Of a stretch of DNA of 64,000 bases, positions 53,506 to 63,789 are shown piece after piece. The first letter of the stretch is position 1. Each line of letters opens with the position of its first letter. The notes beneath the pieces are model-generated. The model did no database searches, was not told where the DNA came from, and saw only the letters and a program-made list of their open reading frames with translations. The stretch is from an uncultured Methanomicrobiaceae archaeon (GTDB lineage Archaea > Halobacteriota > Methanomicrobia > Methanomicrobiales > Methanoculleaceae): positions 960,001 to 1,024,000 of the forward strand of contig CAWGXH010000004.1 in the NCBI GenBank assembly GCA_963826525.1, given 5' to 3'. A program made the position numbers and the translations under genes.

Positions 53506-54174
53506 ATGGTCGAGAGTATACCCGTATCAGCCGTCGTCGCCTGCCATGCCTGCCCGAGGCGGTACTACTTCGAGCGGTCGATGAAACGCGATGAGTCGTC
53601 CCGCTACACCGTCGCCAAGCAGATCGCCTCGCATCTCGGCACCCCGCTCGATCCCGATCGGATCTGGCAGGAGGTGGTCACCGTCTTCCCCGGCGCCGAT
53701 GCGGAGGTGCGGGCGTTCTTCGACGACTGCGTCGCCGCCTGCCGCCACTCGCGGTGGAAGACCGCGGTCGAGAGCGACGTGACCGTCGCCTCCGAGAAAC
53801 TCGGTATCCACGGGAGGGTGGACAAGATCTTCGACGGCGGTACAGCCTTTGCCGTCGTCCGCTCAAGCCCTGCACCGCGTGCGGGGGCCTATGCTTCTGA
53901 CCGCCTCCGGATAGCCTGCTACGCCGTCTGTCTCGCCGAGACACTCGGCCGGGAGATCTCCGGCGGCTATGTCGAGTACATCCCGAGCGGTGTCTCTCGC
54001 TCCGTCGAGCCGGAGCCCCGCGACCGCCGCGAAATGCTCCGGGCGCTCCGGGCGGCGCAGCAGGTGGCGGCAGGCGACCTTCCCCCGCGGCCGTTCAGGG
54101 CGCCGTGCGAGGGGTGCCTCTACGCCGAGCGATGCCTGGCCTGCAGCGGAAGGCGGCTCTCCGACCTCTTCTGA
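53506..54174 (+). CDS. Solo Cas4/Dna2-like PD-(D/E)XK protein
   Basis: CPRRYYF, LGIHGRVDK, DRLRIACYAVCL, CEGCLYAERC (four-Cys Fe-S). No cas genes or array nearby. Confidence 0.8.
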   Translation: MVESIPVSAVVACHACPRRYYFERSMKRDESSRYTVAKQIASHLGTPLDPDRIWQEVVTVFPGADAEVRAFFDDCVAACRHSRWKTAVESDVTVASEKLGIHGRVDKIFDGGTAFAVVRSSPAPRAGAYASDRLRIACYAVCLAETLGREISGGYVEYIPSGVSRSVEPEPRDRREMLRALRAAQQVAAGDLPPRPFRAPCEGCLYAERCLACSGRRLSDLF

Positions 54175-54551
54175 AGGGCTCCTCCCGCCACCGGTGGCAG
54201 ACCCGATGGCGGGAGATGGATCTCGCCCGCCCCCCACGGGACCCGGTTCATGGCGGGTGCCGCCAGCGCCAGGATGGCCCCGGCGCTCCCGATATACCGG
54301 CAACGCTGCCGTGCCGATCTGATGGCGAGGAAGTATTCTCCCTCGTGGTGAGGGGAGCGACCCCACGCAATGGTGATCTCTCCCGTAAGTTCGTCTCCGT
54401 CCATCGTGACCACATCTCCGTTCGGTCTGGTGGAGAAGAGGCGCTACCCGCCGCTCCTCGGGGAGTGTGGGGCACGGGCCGGCAAATAGTTGTTCGCCTT
54501 ACTATATTGTGATATATTGGAAATCTATAATTTATTGTGTTGCGGGATGCC

Positions 54552-55476
54552 TCACGCCTCCATCAGCGTCTTTGACACGATGTACTCGCCCTTCGCCTCG
54601 CGGGTCGTCCCGACGACGAGCCAGTCCTCGTCTCCATGCCGCTCGCGGACCCCTTGCACCTCGATCGTCTCTCCCGCGAGCGCCTGCCCCGAGTAGGTGT
54701 GGGTGAAGGAGAGCACCCGGGAGATCTCCTCGTGCTCGATATCGTAGACCGCCGGGCTGTCGAAGGCGAGCGACGCATCGGTCACCGTCGCCTCGATCCG
54801 CATCCTCCCGAGCACCTCGCCGCGACCAACCGCCACGGCATCCAAGTTGTCGTACCGAGCGGGTGTAGAGGAGGTCGAAGTAGGTGCCGTCGATCTCGCC
54901 CCGGTTCCACTTCCGCTCCTCGTGGAGGACGAAGGTCTCGAACGATATTTCGGGCACCCTCTTGTCGTAGACCCGGTGCCACATCTCCTCGCTCATTCCG
55001 GCGAGCCTACCGTTCCCGACCAGCCGGGAAAGTTGCTGCTGCGCCGAGAACCATGCCTCGCCATAGACGACCATATCGATATCGGAGCCGGCGTTCTCAA
55101 GCCCGCAGAGGAGCGAGCCCGTACAGCCGTAGGCGCCGGCGGGAAGGTCGAAGAGATCGACGAGCTTTCGCACCCGTGCATCACGCGCAGCGATAGCCGC
55201 CATCACTTCCTCGGGCTTGTAGACCCGGGTGATATCGGCGTGCGGCACCCGGTGCACCCTGTCGAGGTAACCGGGTTTGTGCTCGGCGATCCAGGCGAAA
55301 GCCTCCTCGAAATCGTACTTCGTATAGCACCGGCCCGCAGGATCGCACCGCTCTCCCGCCGGGTCGGGGACGTAACGGAGAACGCATCCGACCCGCTCGC
55401 TATTATCGTAGTTCGAGACTGCGTAGAGGCAGCCGTCCTTATCCTCAATGAAATCACGGAGTCGTATGGGCATCAT
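54552..55476 (-). CDS. Archaeal Pol-beta-superfamily nucleotidyltransferase, frameshift near 54855
   Basis: RLRDFI, LRYVPD, GCTGSLLCG...SDIDMVVYG, FDLLYTR, SFTHTYSGQA...VGTTREA. Confidence 0.8.
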
Positions 55477-56048
55477 ACCAGACCCCGCAGGAAGGCTTCG
55501 ACCTCTTCCCACTCTTTCCCTCTCCGGAGGATCGTACGGGTCGTCAGGTCGACCACGGTGCTCGGTGTTCCGGGGAGTTCTCCCCCGTCTACCAGGAGGT
55601 CGAAGGCGACGTCGATCTCCTCGGGCCGGGTCGCCGGCGCATCCCCGGCGAGGTTCGCGCTCGTCGCCGTGATGGGGGCATCAAGCAACTCAATGATCCT
55701 GACCGCCGTCTCGTGGGCAGGCATCCGGATTCCGATGAGCCCCGTCCCCCCGGTCAATACCTCCGGGAGGCAGGACTTTGCAGGGAGGATGACGGTCACG
55801 GGGCCGGGGAGGAACCGGTTTATGAACGCCTCGGCACGGTCGTCGACGACCGCGACCGCCCGGAGCATATCCATATCCGAGACCGCGATCGAGATCGGTT
55901 TTCCGAGCAGCCGGCCCTTTGCCTCGTAGACCTTCATCACGGCATCCTCCGAGAGGGCGTCCGCGCCTAGGCCGTAGACCGTTTCCGTGGGGTAGACGAT
56001 TATGCCGTCCCTCTGCAGCACTTTGACTGCGTGCTCTATGGTACTCAT
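55473..56048 (-). CDS. sua5: L-threonylcarbamoyladenylate synthase (Sua5/YrdC/TsaC)
   Basis: VYPTETVYGLGA, KGR...KP, PGPVTVI, TATSAN, PSTVVD. Confidence 0.92.
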   Translation of the reverse strand: MSTIEHAVKVLQRDGIIVYPTETVYGLGADALSEDAVMKVYEAKGRLLGKPISIAVSDMDMLRAVAVVDDRAEAFINRFLPGPVTVILPAKSCLPEVLTGGTGLIGIRMPAHETAVRIIELLDAPITATSANLAGDAPATRPEEIDVAFDLLVDGGELPGTPSTVVDLTTRTILRRGKEWEEVEAFLRGLV

Positions 56049-56719
56049 CAGAATTCACGACCGCGTACGCGATTTATATCAAATACGGCCTTGCCGGAGA
56101 CGTGCATGACCGCAAAGACGCCTGCCTGGATGGGATCGGTCACCACAAGATCGGCATGCTCCGGAACGCTCCCGGCCATCTTCAGGGCTATCACCGGAAT
56201 ACCTGTTGCCCGCACCCGGTCGACGGCCCTCGAAACCTCGCCGCCCATCAGGGATCCGGCCAGCACCAGGATCGATGCCCGGGGGAGGCGTGCCACCGCG
56301 TCGACCGCGAGCGCCAGATCCTTCTCTCCGACGAGCGGGATGGTGTCCACCGAGATCCGTTCGCCCCGGATGTTGTGCCGGTCCGCCTCGTTCACCGCAC
56401 CCATCGCCACCTGAGCGACCTGGGCGCCGCCGCCGATGATGATCACCCGTGAGCCGAAGATCCGCGAGAACGGGGGATAGATGGTGACATCGAGAACGGA
56501 CGGAATCTCGAGCATCTCGGCGATAAGAACCCCGTGGTCGCCGCACTCCTCGAACTCAAAGTAGACGTATGCGTCTCCTATGTGCGGGCCGGTGCAGATG
56601 ATCGACTGCTGGATCATCTGGATGTTCGCCTCGTGTTTCGCCATCACTGTGGCGACGTCACGCAGGACGCCTGCCCGGTTCTCGGTGATGAGACTGAGTG
56701 CGTAGAGGTCGGGGGTCAT
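56048..56719 (-). CDS. ACT-domain / DUF5612 protein (conserved in methanogens)
   Basis: ENRAGVLRDV, RVIIIGGGAQVAQVA.GAV.EADRHNIRGERISVDTIP. Confidence 0.85.
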   Translation of the reverse strand: MTPDLYALSLITENRAGVLRDVATVMAKHEANIQMIQQSIICTGPHIGDAYVYFEFEECGDHGVLIAEMLEIPSVLDVTIYPPFSRIFGSRVIIIGGGAQVAQVAMGAVNEADRHNIRGERISVDTIPLVGEKDLALAVDAVARLPRASILVLAGSLMGGEVSRAVDRVRATGIPVIALKMAGSVPEHADLVVTDPIQAGVFAVMHVSGKAVFDINRVRGREF

Positions 56720-57106
56720 ACGGCATCGGAGCGCTGCATAATGCTCTCTGGCAGGGCGATTATCGTCATTTTCGGAACTGGTTCTATGTTTGATCCCCGA
56801 TTCGATATAAGTTTTGGGCGGTAAAACGGATCTTCGTCGTGCGTCTGGAGGATGCCGGATGGGAGCCTGTGGTGACGGCAAACTAGCGCCCGCCGATCAA
56901 CCGGGAGGAGAATCTCCGCCCCGCTCGTCGCCCCTGGCGGGTAACGGACGTGCGCGTATCGATACTGCCGCGATGAAGGACTTTCAGATCGATCTCGGGC
57001 AGAGATGCCCGGTATGAGATGGAAAAGCGGTCTTTGAAATTACCGATATGCCGTTCTTCAGACAGGAGCCTCCGTAACAAAAGAGATGCGTGACCAAAAC
57101 GTCCGA

Positions 57107-57177
57107 TGCGATAGCCGGGAATCGAACCCGGGCTAAGGGCTTGGGAAGCCCCTGTCCTACCGCTAGACTACTATCGC
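57107..57177 (-). tRNA. tRNA-Gly (anticodon CCC)
   Basis: GCGATAG acceptor stem, GGGCTT-CCC-AAGCCC anticodon arm, GGTTCGATTCC T-loop. Confidence 0.97.
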
Positions 57178-57191
57178 GTATCTGTGCCGAA

Positions 57192-59513
57192 CTATGTTGG
57201 CATGGGAGAAGATAAATTTTCGTCTCGCGCCCGGTCAGGGGTGTACTTCCGGAGCGTGAAGGTGACGGCGGCGCCCGCTTCGGGATGACCGTCCACCCGA
57301 TCGTGCGCGTAGATTCGGCCGCCATAACGCTCGACGAGCATCCGGGTGATGTACAGGCCGAGCCCCTTCCCGCTCTTCTTCGTGGTGCCGCGCTGGTAGC
57401 GCTGGAAGACTCTGGGTTTGAGGTCGTCCGGGATGCCGGGGCCGGTATCCTCAACGGTGATCCCGACCTCGCTCTCCCACTCCTCGACGCGGATCGTGAT
57501 CCCGACCTCAGGGCCGCCGAACTTGAGTGAGTTTCCGATAAGGTTCGTAAAGATCTCATCGATGAGATCGTCCGCAAGTACCGTCACGTCCGACCCGTCG
57601 TAGGAGATCCCGGCATCGGAGAAGTAGTTCAGGATATTCCTGACAGCCGAATCGAGCTTGGTGGGGGTGAGGATCGTCTCTTCGTGCCGGAGCTTGCGCA
57701 GCGTGGTGACGTTTCGGATAATCTCGCTGCTCTGCTGGACGGCGGTAAGCGCTTTCTGCGCAAACGTCTTCGTTCCATCTTCCGCAAGCTCGATGAGCAT
57801 CTGGGTATAGCCGGTGGCCACGGTATTGGCGTTGTTGACATCGTGGGAGAGGATGTCGATATAGAGATTTGCCTCATCGTTCGCAGTGTTCGCCTCCTCG
57901 AGATAGCGGTTCGCACGCGCGAGCGCCGCCTCGAGTTCCTCCTGCAGCATTCCTCTGGTGACGGCAGTCCCGATCTCCCGCCCGATCGCCTCAAGGACAG
58001 CCCGCTCTTCCTGCGTGATGATCGCCCTCTCCGTATCGGCGACGGCGAAGCAGCCCACAACGTGTCCGTCGTCGAGAATGGGAACGGCGCCAAACGAGCG
58101 TATGGGGTAGTGCCGGTGTTCGGGGCAACGCTCCTGGAAGGAGTCGATATAGCAGGGCACACCGGCGACGAGCAGATCGGAGAAGAGTGGCGCGTCGGTT
58201 CGCACGACTGCGGGCGGCTCCATGGCCGGGTCGGTGATACCCTGCCGCGAGCGGAGATTTGCTGTGCCGTCCGCAGGGTTCACGATGTATATGGCACCGG
58301 CGTCGAAGTCCAGGAGGCTGAGCGTCCTGCCGAGTGCTGCCTGCAGCATCTCATCAAGACCCCGGGAGGCGCTCGCCGTTCCGATGATCCCGTTGATGAT
58401 GGAGAGCTGCCGGTTCCGCTCCCGGATCTCCTCCTCTTTCCGGCGCTGTTCGGTGATATCGCGTATGGCCAGTACAAGGCTGGCCGGCCGCCCTGCGCCG
58501 TCCCGAAGGACGTTCGTCGTCACCTCGGCGCAGAACTTACTCCCATCTCTCCGGCGGAGCGCACACTCAAGCGAAGGGATAGATCCCTCCCGGAGGATCT
58601 GCTCCCTGCTCCAGAGGGCTCTCGCACGCTCTTTCTCGGTAACGAGCACTGTCGGGCTCTTCCCGACGAGAGCCTCTCTCCCGGTGCACCCATACATCCG
58701 GAGAGCGGCCTCGTTTGCATCGACAATCCGGTCTGCAAGGTCGGTAACGACGATCCCGGCATCGACCGACTCGACTATCGCCCTGACCTTCTCCTCCGAG
58801 CTCTGGAGCCGATCCATCATCAATTTCCGCGCGGTCACGTCCGTGATGACCGTGCAGACGACGCGCTGATCGGGGAGAAGGTTTGCCGAGAGGAGCACCG
58901 TCCGGTGCTCGTCCTGCGGCAGGGTGACGCCGAGCTCAAGCGTTGCCACGCGCTCTCCGCTCGCGATCCGTTCGAGCGGCACGCCTTCGAAGTCCGACCA
59001 GATCTCCGTTATCCGGCGGTTCCGGGCGTCGCCCGGGTTCACACCGAGGATCTCACCGCACCGTTGATTCATCTCTTCGACACGACGGGTATCCGGATCA
59101 AAGAGGAATATCCCTGCCTCTGAATTGTCGAAGATACCGCGATACCGGCTCTCCTGCTTCTGTTTGCTCCCTGAGAGGTAGGCGACCACACCGGCGATGC
59201 CGATGAAGAACAGCGATCGGATGACTGCATTGAGAAGTTCGCCCGAAGCAGGGTCGAGCAGGAGAATGACCTCCGCAAGGTACGCCAGAGCGAGAAGCGC
59301 ACCGGCCGCAACCCCCCGGCGGGGATACCAGTAGGCGGTCGTGATGATCGGGATATAGAAGAGATGCGGACATACCACGGGGATATTCCGAACAAGACAG
59401 ACCGCCGTACCGGCACAGGCAGCGAACGCCGATACGGCGATGACGGCATTCCGGAAATGTCGGCGGAAGCAAGAGTCTGTTCCGGTTTTGCCGGGTGAGG
59501 CATCTCCGTTCAC
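57192..59513 (-). CDS. Membrane PAS-PAS-GAF sensor histidine kinase
   Basis: N-terminal transmembrane helices, two PAS domains, GAF, H-box SHDVNN, NLIGNSLKF, DTGPGI, GKGLGL. Confidence 0.92.
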   Translation of the reverse strand: MNGDASPGKTGTDSCFRRHFRNAVIAVSAFAACAGTAVCLVRNIPVVCPHLFYIPIITTAYWYPRRGVAAGALLALAYLAEVILLLDPASGELLNAVIRSLFFIGIAGVVAYLSGSKQKQESRYRGIFDNSEAGIFLFDPDTRRVEEMNQRCGEILGVNPGDARNRRITEIWSDFEGVPLERIASGERVATLELGVTLPQDEHRTVLLSANLLPDQRVVCTVITDVTARKLMMDRLQSSEEKVRAIVESVDAGIVVTDLADRIVDANEAALRMYGCTGREALVGKSPTVLVTEKERARALWSREQILREGSIPSLECALRRRDGSKFCAEVTTNVLRDGAGRPASLVLAIRDITEQRRKEEEIRERNRQLSIINGIIGTASASRGLDEMLQAALGRTLSLLDFDAGAIYIVNPADGTANLRSRQGITDPAMEPPAVVRTDAPLFSDLLVAGVPCYIDSFQERCPEHRHYPIRSFGAVPILDDGHVVGCFAVADTERAIITQEERAVLEAIGREIGTAVTRGMLQEELEAALARANRYLEEANTANDEANLYIDILSHDVNNANTVATGYTQMLIELAEDGTKTFAQKALTAVQQSSEIIRNVTTLRKLRHEETILTPTKLDSAVRNILNYFSDAGISYDGSDVTVLADDLIDEIFTNLIGNSLKFGGPEVGITIRVEEWESEVGITVEDTGPGIPDDLKPRVFQRYQRGTTKKSGKGLGLYITRMLVERYGGRIYAHDRVDGHPEAGAAVTFTLRKYTPDRARDENLSSPMPT

Positions 59514-59601
59514 TCATTGTATGTCGGCATCTGCTCATATAAATCTGCAGGCCTGCTCTGGTCGGGCGATATTCTTAATACCCCTCCCCGAGAATATAAT
59601 G

Positions 59602-59743
59602 CAGCACTGTAGAATACATGTGCTGGCTAGAGTAAGTCCGACGTGCCCGCAGAAGCACTGCCCACAGTGGCTCGGGATTACAGAGAATAGTCAGTTTACG
59701 GACTCTTTTCTGGACTTACATAGTTCTTATCGGAGGTGAATGA
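59602..59743 (+). promoter_or_regulatory. Candidate ribosomal-protein uS15 leader RNA (three-way junction)
   Basis: GTAAGTCC (59632-39) pairs with GGACTTAC (59712-19) and encloses two hairpins, directly before the GGAGGTGA SD of rps15. Confidence 0.65.
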
Positions 59744-60202
59744 ATGGCAAGAATGCATGCTCGGCGCCGTGGAACCTCGGGTTCGGTCAGTCCCTTCAGG
59801 ACAGAGGCCCCCGAATGGTCTAACACGGATGTACAGGAGATTGAAAAGATCGTCGTCGATCTCCGGAAGAACGGGATGTCGAGCGCAGAGATTGGCCTGA
59901 CGCTGCGGGACAAATACGGCGTCCCCGATGTCAAGCTCGCAACCGGAAAGCGCGTATCGGCAATTATCAGAGAGCAGGGCCTCGAGTCCGATATCCCGGA
60001 GGATCTCCGGAACCTGATGGTAAAAGCCCTCGGGATGAGGAAACACCTCTCCGAGAACAAGAAGGATCTGCACAACAAGCGGCAACTCCAGCTCACCGAG
60101 TCAAAGGTGCGCAGGCTCGTCCGCTACTACGTCGGCTCCGGCAGACTGCCGAAGGGCTGGGTCTACAAACCGGATACCGCTGAGATTCTGCTGTCCAGAT
60201 AA
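59744..60202 (+). CDS. rps15: 30S ribosomal protein S15 (uS15)
   Basis: MARMHARRRGTSGS...IGLTLRDKYG...PEDLRNL...LQLTESKVRRLVRYY. Confidence 0.98.
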   Translation: MARMHARRRGTSGSVSPFRTEAPEWSNTDVQEIEKIVVDLRKNGMSSAEIGLTLRDKYGVPDVKLATGKRVSAIIREQGLESDIPEDLRNLMVKALGMRKHLSENKKDLHNKRQLQLTESKVRRLVRYYVGSGRLPKGWVYKPDTAEILLSR

Positions 60203-60205
60203 TCC

Positions 60206-61423
60206 ATGTCCCTTGATGCCGCCGCTGCGGATCTCGCAGATCATCTGCTCGAGCAGGAGTTCGTGGAAGTCTTCGCGCACCACGATGTAGACGGCATAGC
60301 AGCCGCCGCCATCCTCTGTCACGCACTCTTCCGCGAAGGCAGGCAGTTCCGTCTCCGGATCCGGCCGCGGATCACCGCCGCTGATCTGCCGAAGGAAGAG
60401 AGCGTTCTGCTCTGTGACTTCGGCTCGTCGCTTGCGGATCTTCCGGACGGCGTGATGGTGGTGGATCATCATATGCCCTACTTCGAGGGCGAGCACCATG
60501 TCAACCCCCGCCTCGCAGGACTCGACGGCGACCGCGAACTCTCGGCAGCGGGAGCGGCATACCATGTGGCACAGCATATCGGGGATAACCGGGATCTGAT
60601 CGGTCTCGTTATGCTCGGGATCATCGGTGACGGCCAGGAGTTCTCGGGTACGAACCGCGACCTCGCGGACGACGGTATCGCCAACGGATACGTGGCACCC
60701 CGCCGCGGTCTGCGGCTTGCCGGGCGGAACCTGACCGAACAACTGGTGCTGGCCGCCAATCCCTACCTCGAGGGAATAAGCGGGGACGAGACGGCGGTAC
60801 GGGCGCTGGTCGCAGGATGCACCGGCGAAGAGGATCTCGACCTTGAGATGCTCCTCTCGCTCATCCTCCTGAAGATAAGCCCGAAGACACCTATCGACGC
60901 GATGTGCGGTCTCTACGGCAACACCTACGGCCTCGGGCGCGAGGTGCTCGACGAGGCGCATACCCTGACCGCGCTCATCGACGCCTGCGGCAAAGCCGGT
61001 GCGGGAGACCTGGCGGCGTCGCTATGCCTGCGGTCGACCGCAGCACTCCCTGAAGCGTGGGAGATCGCCGGACGCCATCGGCGCGCTGTCGTCGACGCTA
61101 TCCGGACGGTCCGGCCGCTCGAAGAACGAGTCCCCCTTTACGAAGTGGAGAACGGCGTGGTTATCAGCGACGTTGCCGATGCACTGGCATACTCGCGGAT
61201 GTACACCGCGCCGGTTTTCGTTGTCGGTCGGAAGGGTGGCTGGTGCTCGATATCGGCACGATGCCCGCCCGGCGTGGACCTCGATCTCGAGGCGCTGATG
61301 CGAAGGCTGGCGGAGGAGTGCGGTGGTCATGGTGGGGGCCATGCACGTCGCGCCGGAGCGGAGATTAGTCCTGACCACCTTGACCGGTTCCGTGCAGGGC
61401 TTCTGGAGGCGGTCGCCGTATGA
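60206..61423 (+). CDS. DHH/DHHA1 (RecJ-like) phosphoesterase
   Basis: HHDVDG, CDFGS, VVDHH, GGGHARRAGA. Conserved position after rps15. Confidence 0.9.
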   Translation: MSLDAAAADLADHLLEQEFVEVFAHHDVDGIAAAAILCHALFREGRQFRLRIRPRITAADLPKEESVLLCDFGSSLADLPDGVMVVDHHMPYFEGEHHVNPRLAGLDGDRELSAAGAAYHVAQHIGDNRDLIGLVMLGIIGDGQEFSGTNRDLADDGIANGYVAPRRGLRLAGRNLTEQLVLAANPYLEGISGDETAVRALVAGCTGEEDLDLEMLLSLILLKISPKTPIDAMCGLYGNTYGLGREVLDEAHTLTALIDACGKAGAGDLAASLCLRSTAALPEAWEIAGRHRRAVVDAIRTVRPLEERVPLYEVENGVVISDVADALAYSRMYTAPVFVVGRKGGWCSISARCPPGVDLDLEALMRRLAEECGGHGGGHARRAGAEISPDHLDRFRAGLLEAVAV

Positions 61424-61644
61424 TCCGGATCGAGGGGACGATCGTCACGGCGCATGCGGACGCTGCGTGCGTGGCGGCGGCACTCCGGCCGGATAACCTC
61501 TCCCTCATGCGGACGGGTGCGGACGGGGGAGCGGTGCGAACCGATATTTCGGGAGCGCGGCTTCGATCCGTCATCGCATCGGTGGACGATTATCTTATGA
61601 ATCTGGCAATAGCGGAGGATGTATGTTCATACGTTTCGCGTTAA
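61420..61644 (+). CDS. pcc1: KEOPS complex subunit Pcc1
   Basis: ALRPDN...LRSVIASVDDYLMNLAIAE and operon context. Confidence 0.85.
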   Translation: MIRIEGTIVTAHADAACVAAALRPDNLSLMRTGADGGAVRTDISGARLRSVIASVDDYLMNLAIAEDVCSYVSR

Positions 61645-63137
61645 CAGCGGATCTGCAGTTCAGCAGAGACCTCACTCCCGAGGCGATGCTGGCGGCGGGT
61701 GAAGCGGTACAGGAAGCAAACGAGGTTCTCTTCCGGCGGGGCGTGCCCGTGGAAGCGGAAGACGAACAGATCGGGAAGATCACGGAGTGGAGTGCTCATG
61801 ACTCCACCATCAGCCTGAAGATCGAGAGCGGTCCGTATACCCGGGCACACGATGCCCTCTTCCGGTTCCGCAAGCTGATCGCACAGGTAATGGGCAGACA
61901 TCGCCTCGGACTGCGCGAGATCACCGTCCGTTCGTTCAGCGTCGAGATTCCAGGCCATGTTCCGGACGAAGCGATCCCGAAGCTGCCGTTCATCAGGGGC
62001 GTCTCCCGCGAGGCTGAGTCTGCCCGGGTAGACCTCGTCTGCTCTGCAACCGACCTCGAAAACCGGGTTCCTGACCGGATCGTCAAGCTCATCGAAGAGA
62101 AGAAAGAGGCGGCTCTGTACGGCGGGAAGACCGAGCACTGGGAACTCGTCTTTGAGAGCGGCAAACGGGAGCGGATCTACGAAGGCAACCCCACCGAGGA
62201 GATGCTCGCACGCGGGTGGATCAAGCACGGCGCATCGCGCGGTCAGTGGATCTACGCGCCGCAGGCAGTAGCGCTCTTCCGGGCGTTCGAGCGGATCGTC
62301 GTTGAGGAGATCATCCGGCCGCTCGGTTTCTCCGAGATGATCTTTCCAAAGCTCGTCCCCTGGGAGGTCTGGATGCGCTCGGGACACGCCAAGGGCGTGT
62401 ACCCCGAGATCTACTACGTCTGCACGCCGAAGACCCGCGATCCCGCGTACTGGGAGGATGTCGCCGACTACTTCAAGGTGACCGGCGAGGTGCCCGTCGA
62501 GATGATCCGCGACAGGCTGGACGGGCCGATCGGCGGCATGTGCTACGCGCAGTGCCCGCCCTTCTGGCCGTTCGTGCAGGGCGAGACCCTGGCGAACGAC
62601 TGCCTCCCGATCCGGGTCTTCGACCGGAGCGGCACGTCGCACCGCTACGAGAGTGGGGGCATCCACGGCATCGAGCGGGTGGACGAGTTCCACCGGATCG
62701 AGATCCTCTGGCTCGGCACGGCCGAACAGACGGTCGAGACCGCAAACCGGCTCCACGAGACGTATACCCGTGTCTTTGAAGACCTCATGGAACTCGAGTG
62801 GCGGAGTGCGAAGGTGACTCCCTGGTTCATGGCACAGGAAGGCATGCTCGGCGAGTCCGGCAGCGCCGATATCGGCACGCGGGACTACGAGGCGCTGCTC
62901 CCCTACAGCAACTCCTGGCTTGAGTTCCAGAACGTCAGCGTGAACGGCGATAAGTACCCGAAAGGGTTCAACGTCAAGATCCAGAGCGGTGCCGACTGCT
63001 GGTCGGGCTGTTCCGGTATCGGCCTCGAACGGTGGACCGCGGCGTTCCTTGCTCAGAAAGGCTTTGATACCGCGAAGTGGCCGGAGGCGGTGGCGCGACT
63101 GGTCGACGAGCCGAAGGAGATCTTCAGGTTCCTCTAG
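61623..63137 (+). CDS. serS: Serine--tRNA ligase, methanogen type
   Basis: RAHDALFR, YAQCPPF, DRSGTSHRYESGGIHGIERVDEFHRIE, WLEFQN, SGCSGIGLERW. Confidence 0.93.
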   Translation: MFIRFALTADLQFSRDLTPEAMLAAGEAVQEANEVLFRRGVPVEAEDEQIGKITEWSAHDSTISLKIESGPYTRAHDALFRFRKLIAQVMGRHRLGLREITVRSFSVEIPGHVPDEAIPKLPFIRGVSREAESARVDLVCSATDLENRVPDRIVKLIEEKKEAALYGGKTEHWELVFESGKRERIYEGNPTEEMLARGWIKHGASRGQWIYAPQAVALFRAFERIVVEEIIRPLGFSEMIFPKLVPWEVWMRSGHAKGVYPEIYYVCTPKTRDPAYWEDVADYFKVTGEVPVEMIRDRLDGPIGGMCYAQCPPFWPFVQGETLANDCLPIRVFDRSGTSHRYESGGIHGIERVDEFHRIEILWLGTAEQTVETANRLHETYTRVFEDLMELEWRSAKVTPWFMAQEGMLGESGSADIGTRDYEALLPYSNSWLEFQNVSVNGDKYPKGFNVKIQSGADCWSGCSGIGLERWTAAFLAQKGFDTAKWPEAVARLVDEPKEIFRFL

Positions 63138-63195
63138 GAAATTCTGGAAACAAACGCAGATAATGAAAAACAGAAGATGAAAGCGAAGTGATACT

Positions 63196-63789
63196 ATGGC
63201 AAGAAAGAAGCAGGTTGGAAGAAGAGTAGAAGGCTGGAAGGCAAAGAAGTGGTACCGGGTGCATGTCCCGGACGCCTTCGGCAAGATCGAGATCGGCGAC
63301 ACGATCTCCGCCGACGCCGACAATATGATCGGCCGTGTGATGACTGCGACCCTCGGTGAAGTCGTTTCGGACTACTCCAAGTCGCATATCAAGATGAAGT
63401 TCAAGATCAACAGTGTAGCAGGCGAATCTGCCTACACCGAGTTCGTGGGGCACGAAGTGACCCGGGACTACCTCCGGTCGATGGTCAAGCGCCGGACGTC
63501 CCGGATCGACACGATCATGCCGGTCATCACCAAAGACGGCAAGAAGGTCCGCCTGACTATCGTCTGCCTCACCCTCACCCGGGCGGAGCAGAGCCAGATC
63601 CACTCGATCCGTCAGACGATCATGCAGCAGATCGCCGCCCGCGCTGCCGAGTCCGACTTTGACACGCTCGTCAAGGACGTCATGTCCGGCGATCTTTCCC
63701 GGGACCTCTTCAAGGCCGTCAAGACGATCTACCCCGTCCGGCGCGTCGAGATTACGAAGTCCAAGCTCGAGCGGATTGCGGCCGTATAG
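63196..63789 (+). CDS. rps3ae: 30S ribosomal protein S3Ae (eS1)
   Basis: WKAKKWY, DYLRSMVKRRTSRID, IYPVRRVEI. Confidence 0.97.
   Translation: MARKKQVGRRVEGWKAKKWYRVHVPDAFGKIEIGDTISADADNMIGRVMTATLGEVVSDYSKSHIKMKFKINSVAGESAYTEFVGHEVTRDYLRSMVKRRTSRIDTIMPVITKDGKKVRLTIVCLTLTRAEQSQIHSIRQTIMQQIAARAAESDFDTLVKDVMSGDLSRDLFKAVKTIYPVRRVEITKSKLERIAAV

Noticed and set aside
52739-54500. CRISPR locus near the Cas4-like gene
   Set aside because: No repeat-spacer array or other cas genes were seen anywhere in the window.
61623-63137. Atypical SerRS as a novelty
   Set aside because: The methanogen-type SerRS is a well-known family.
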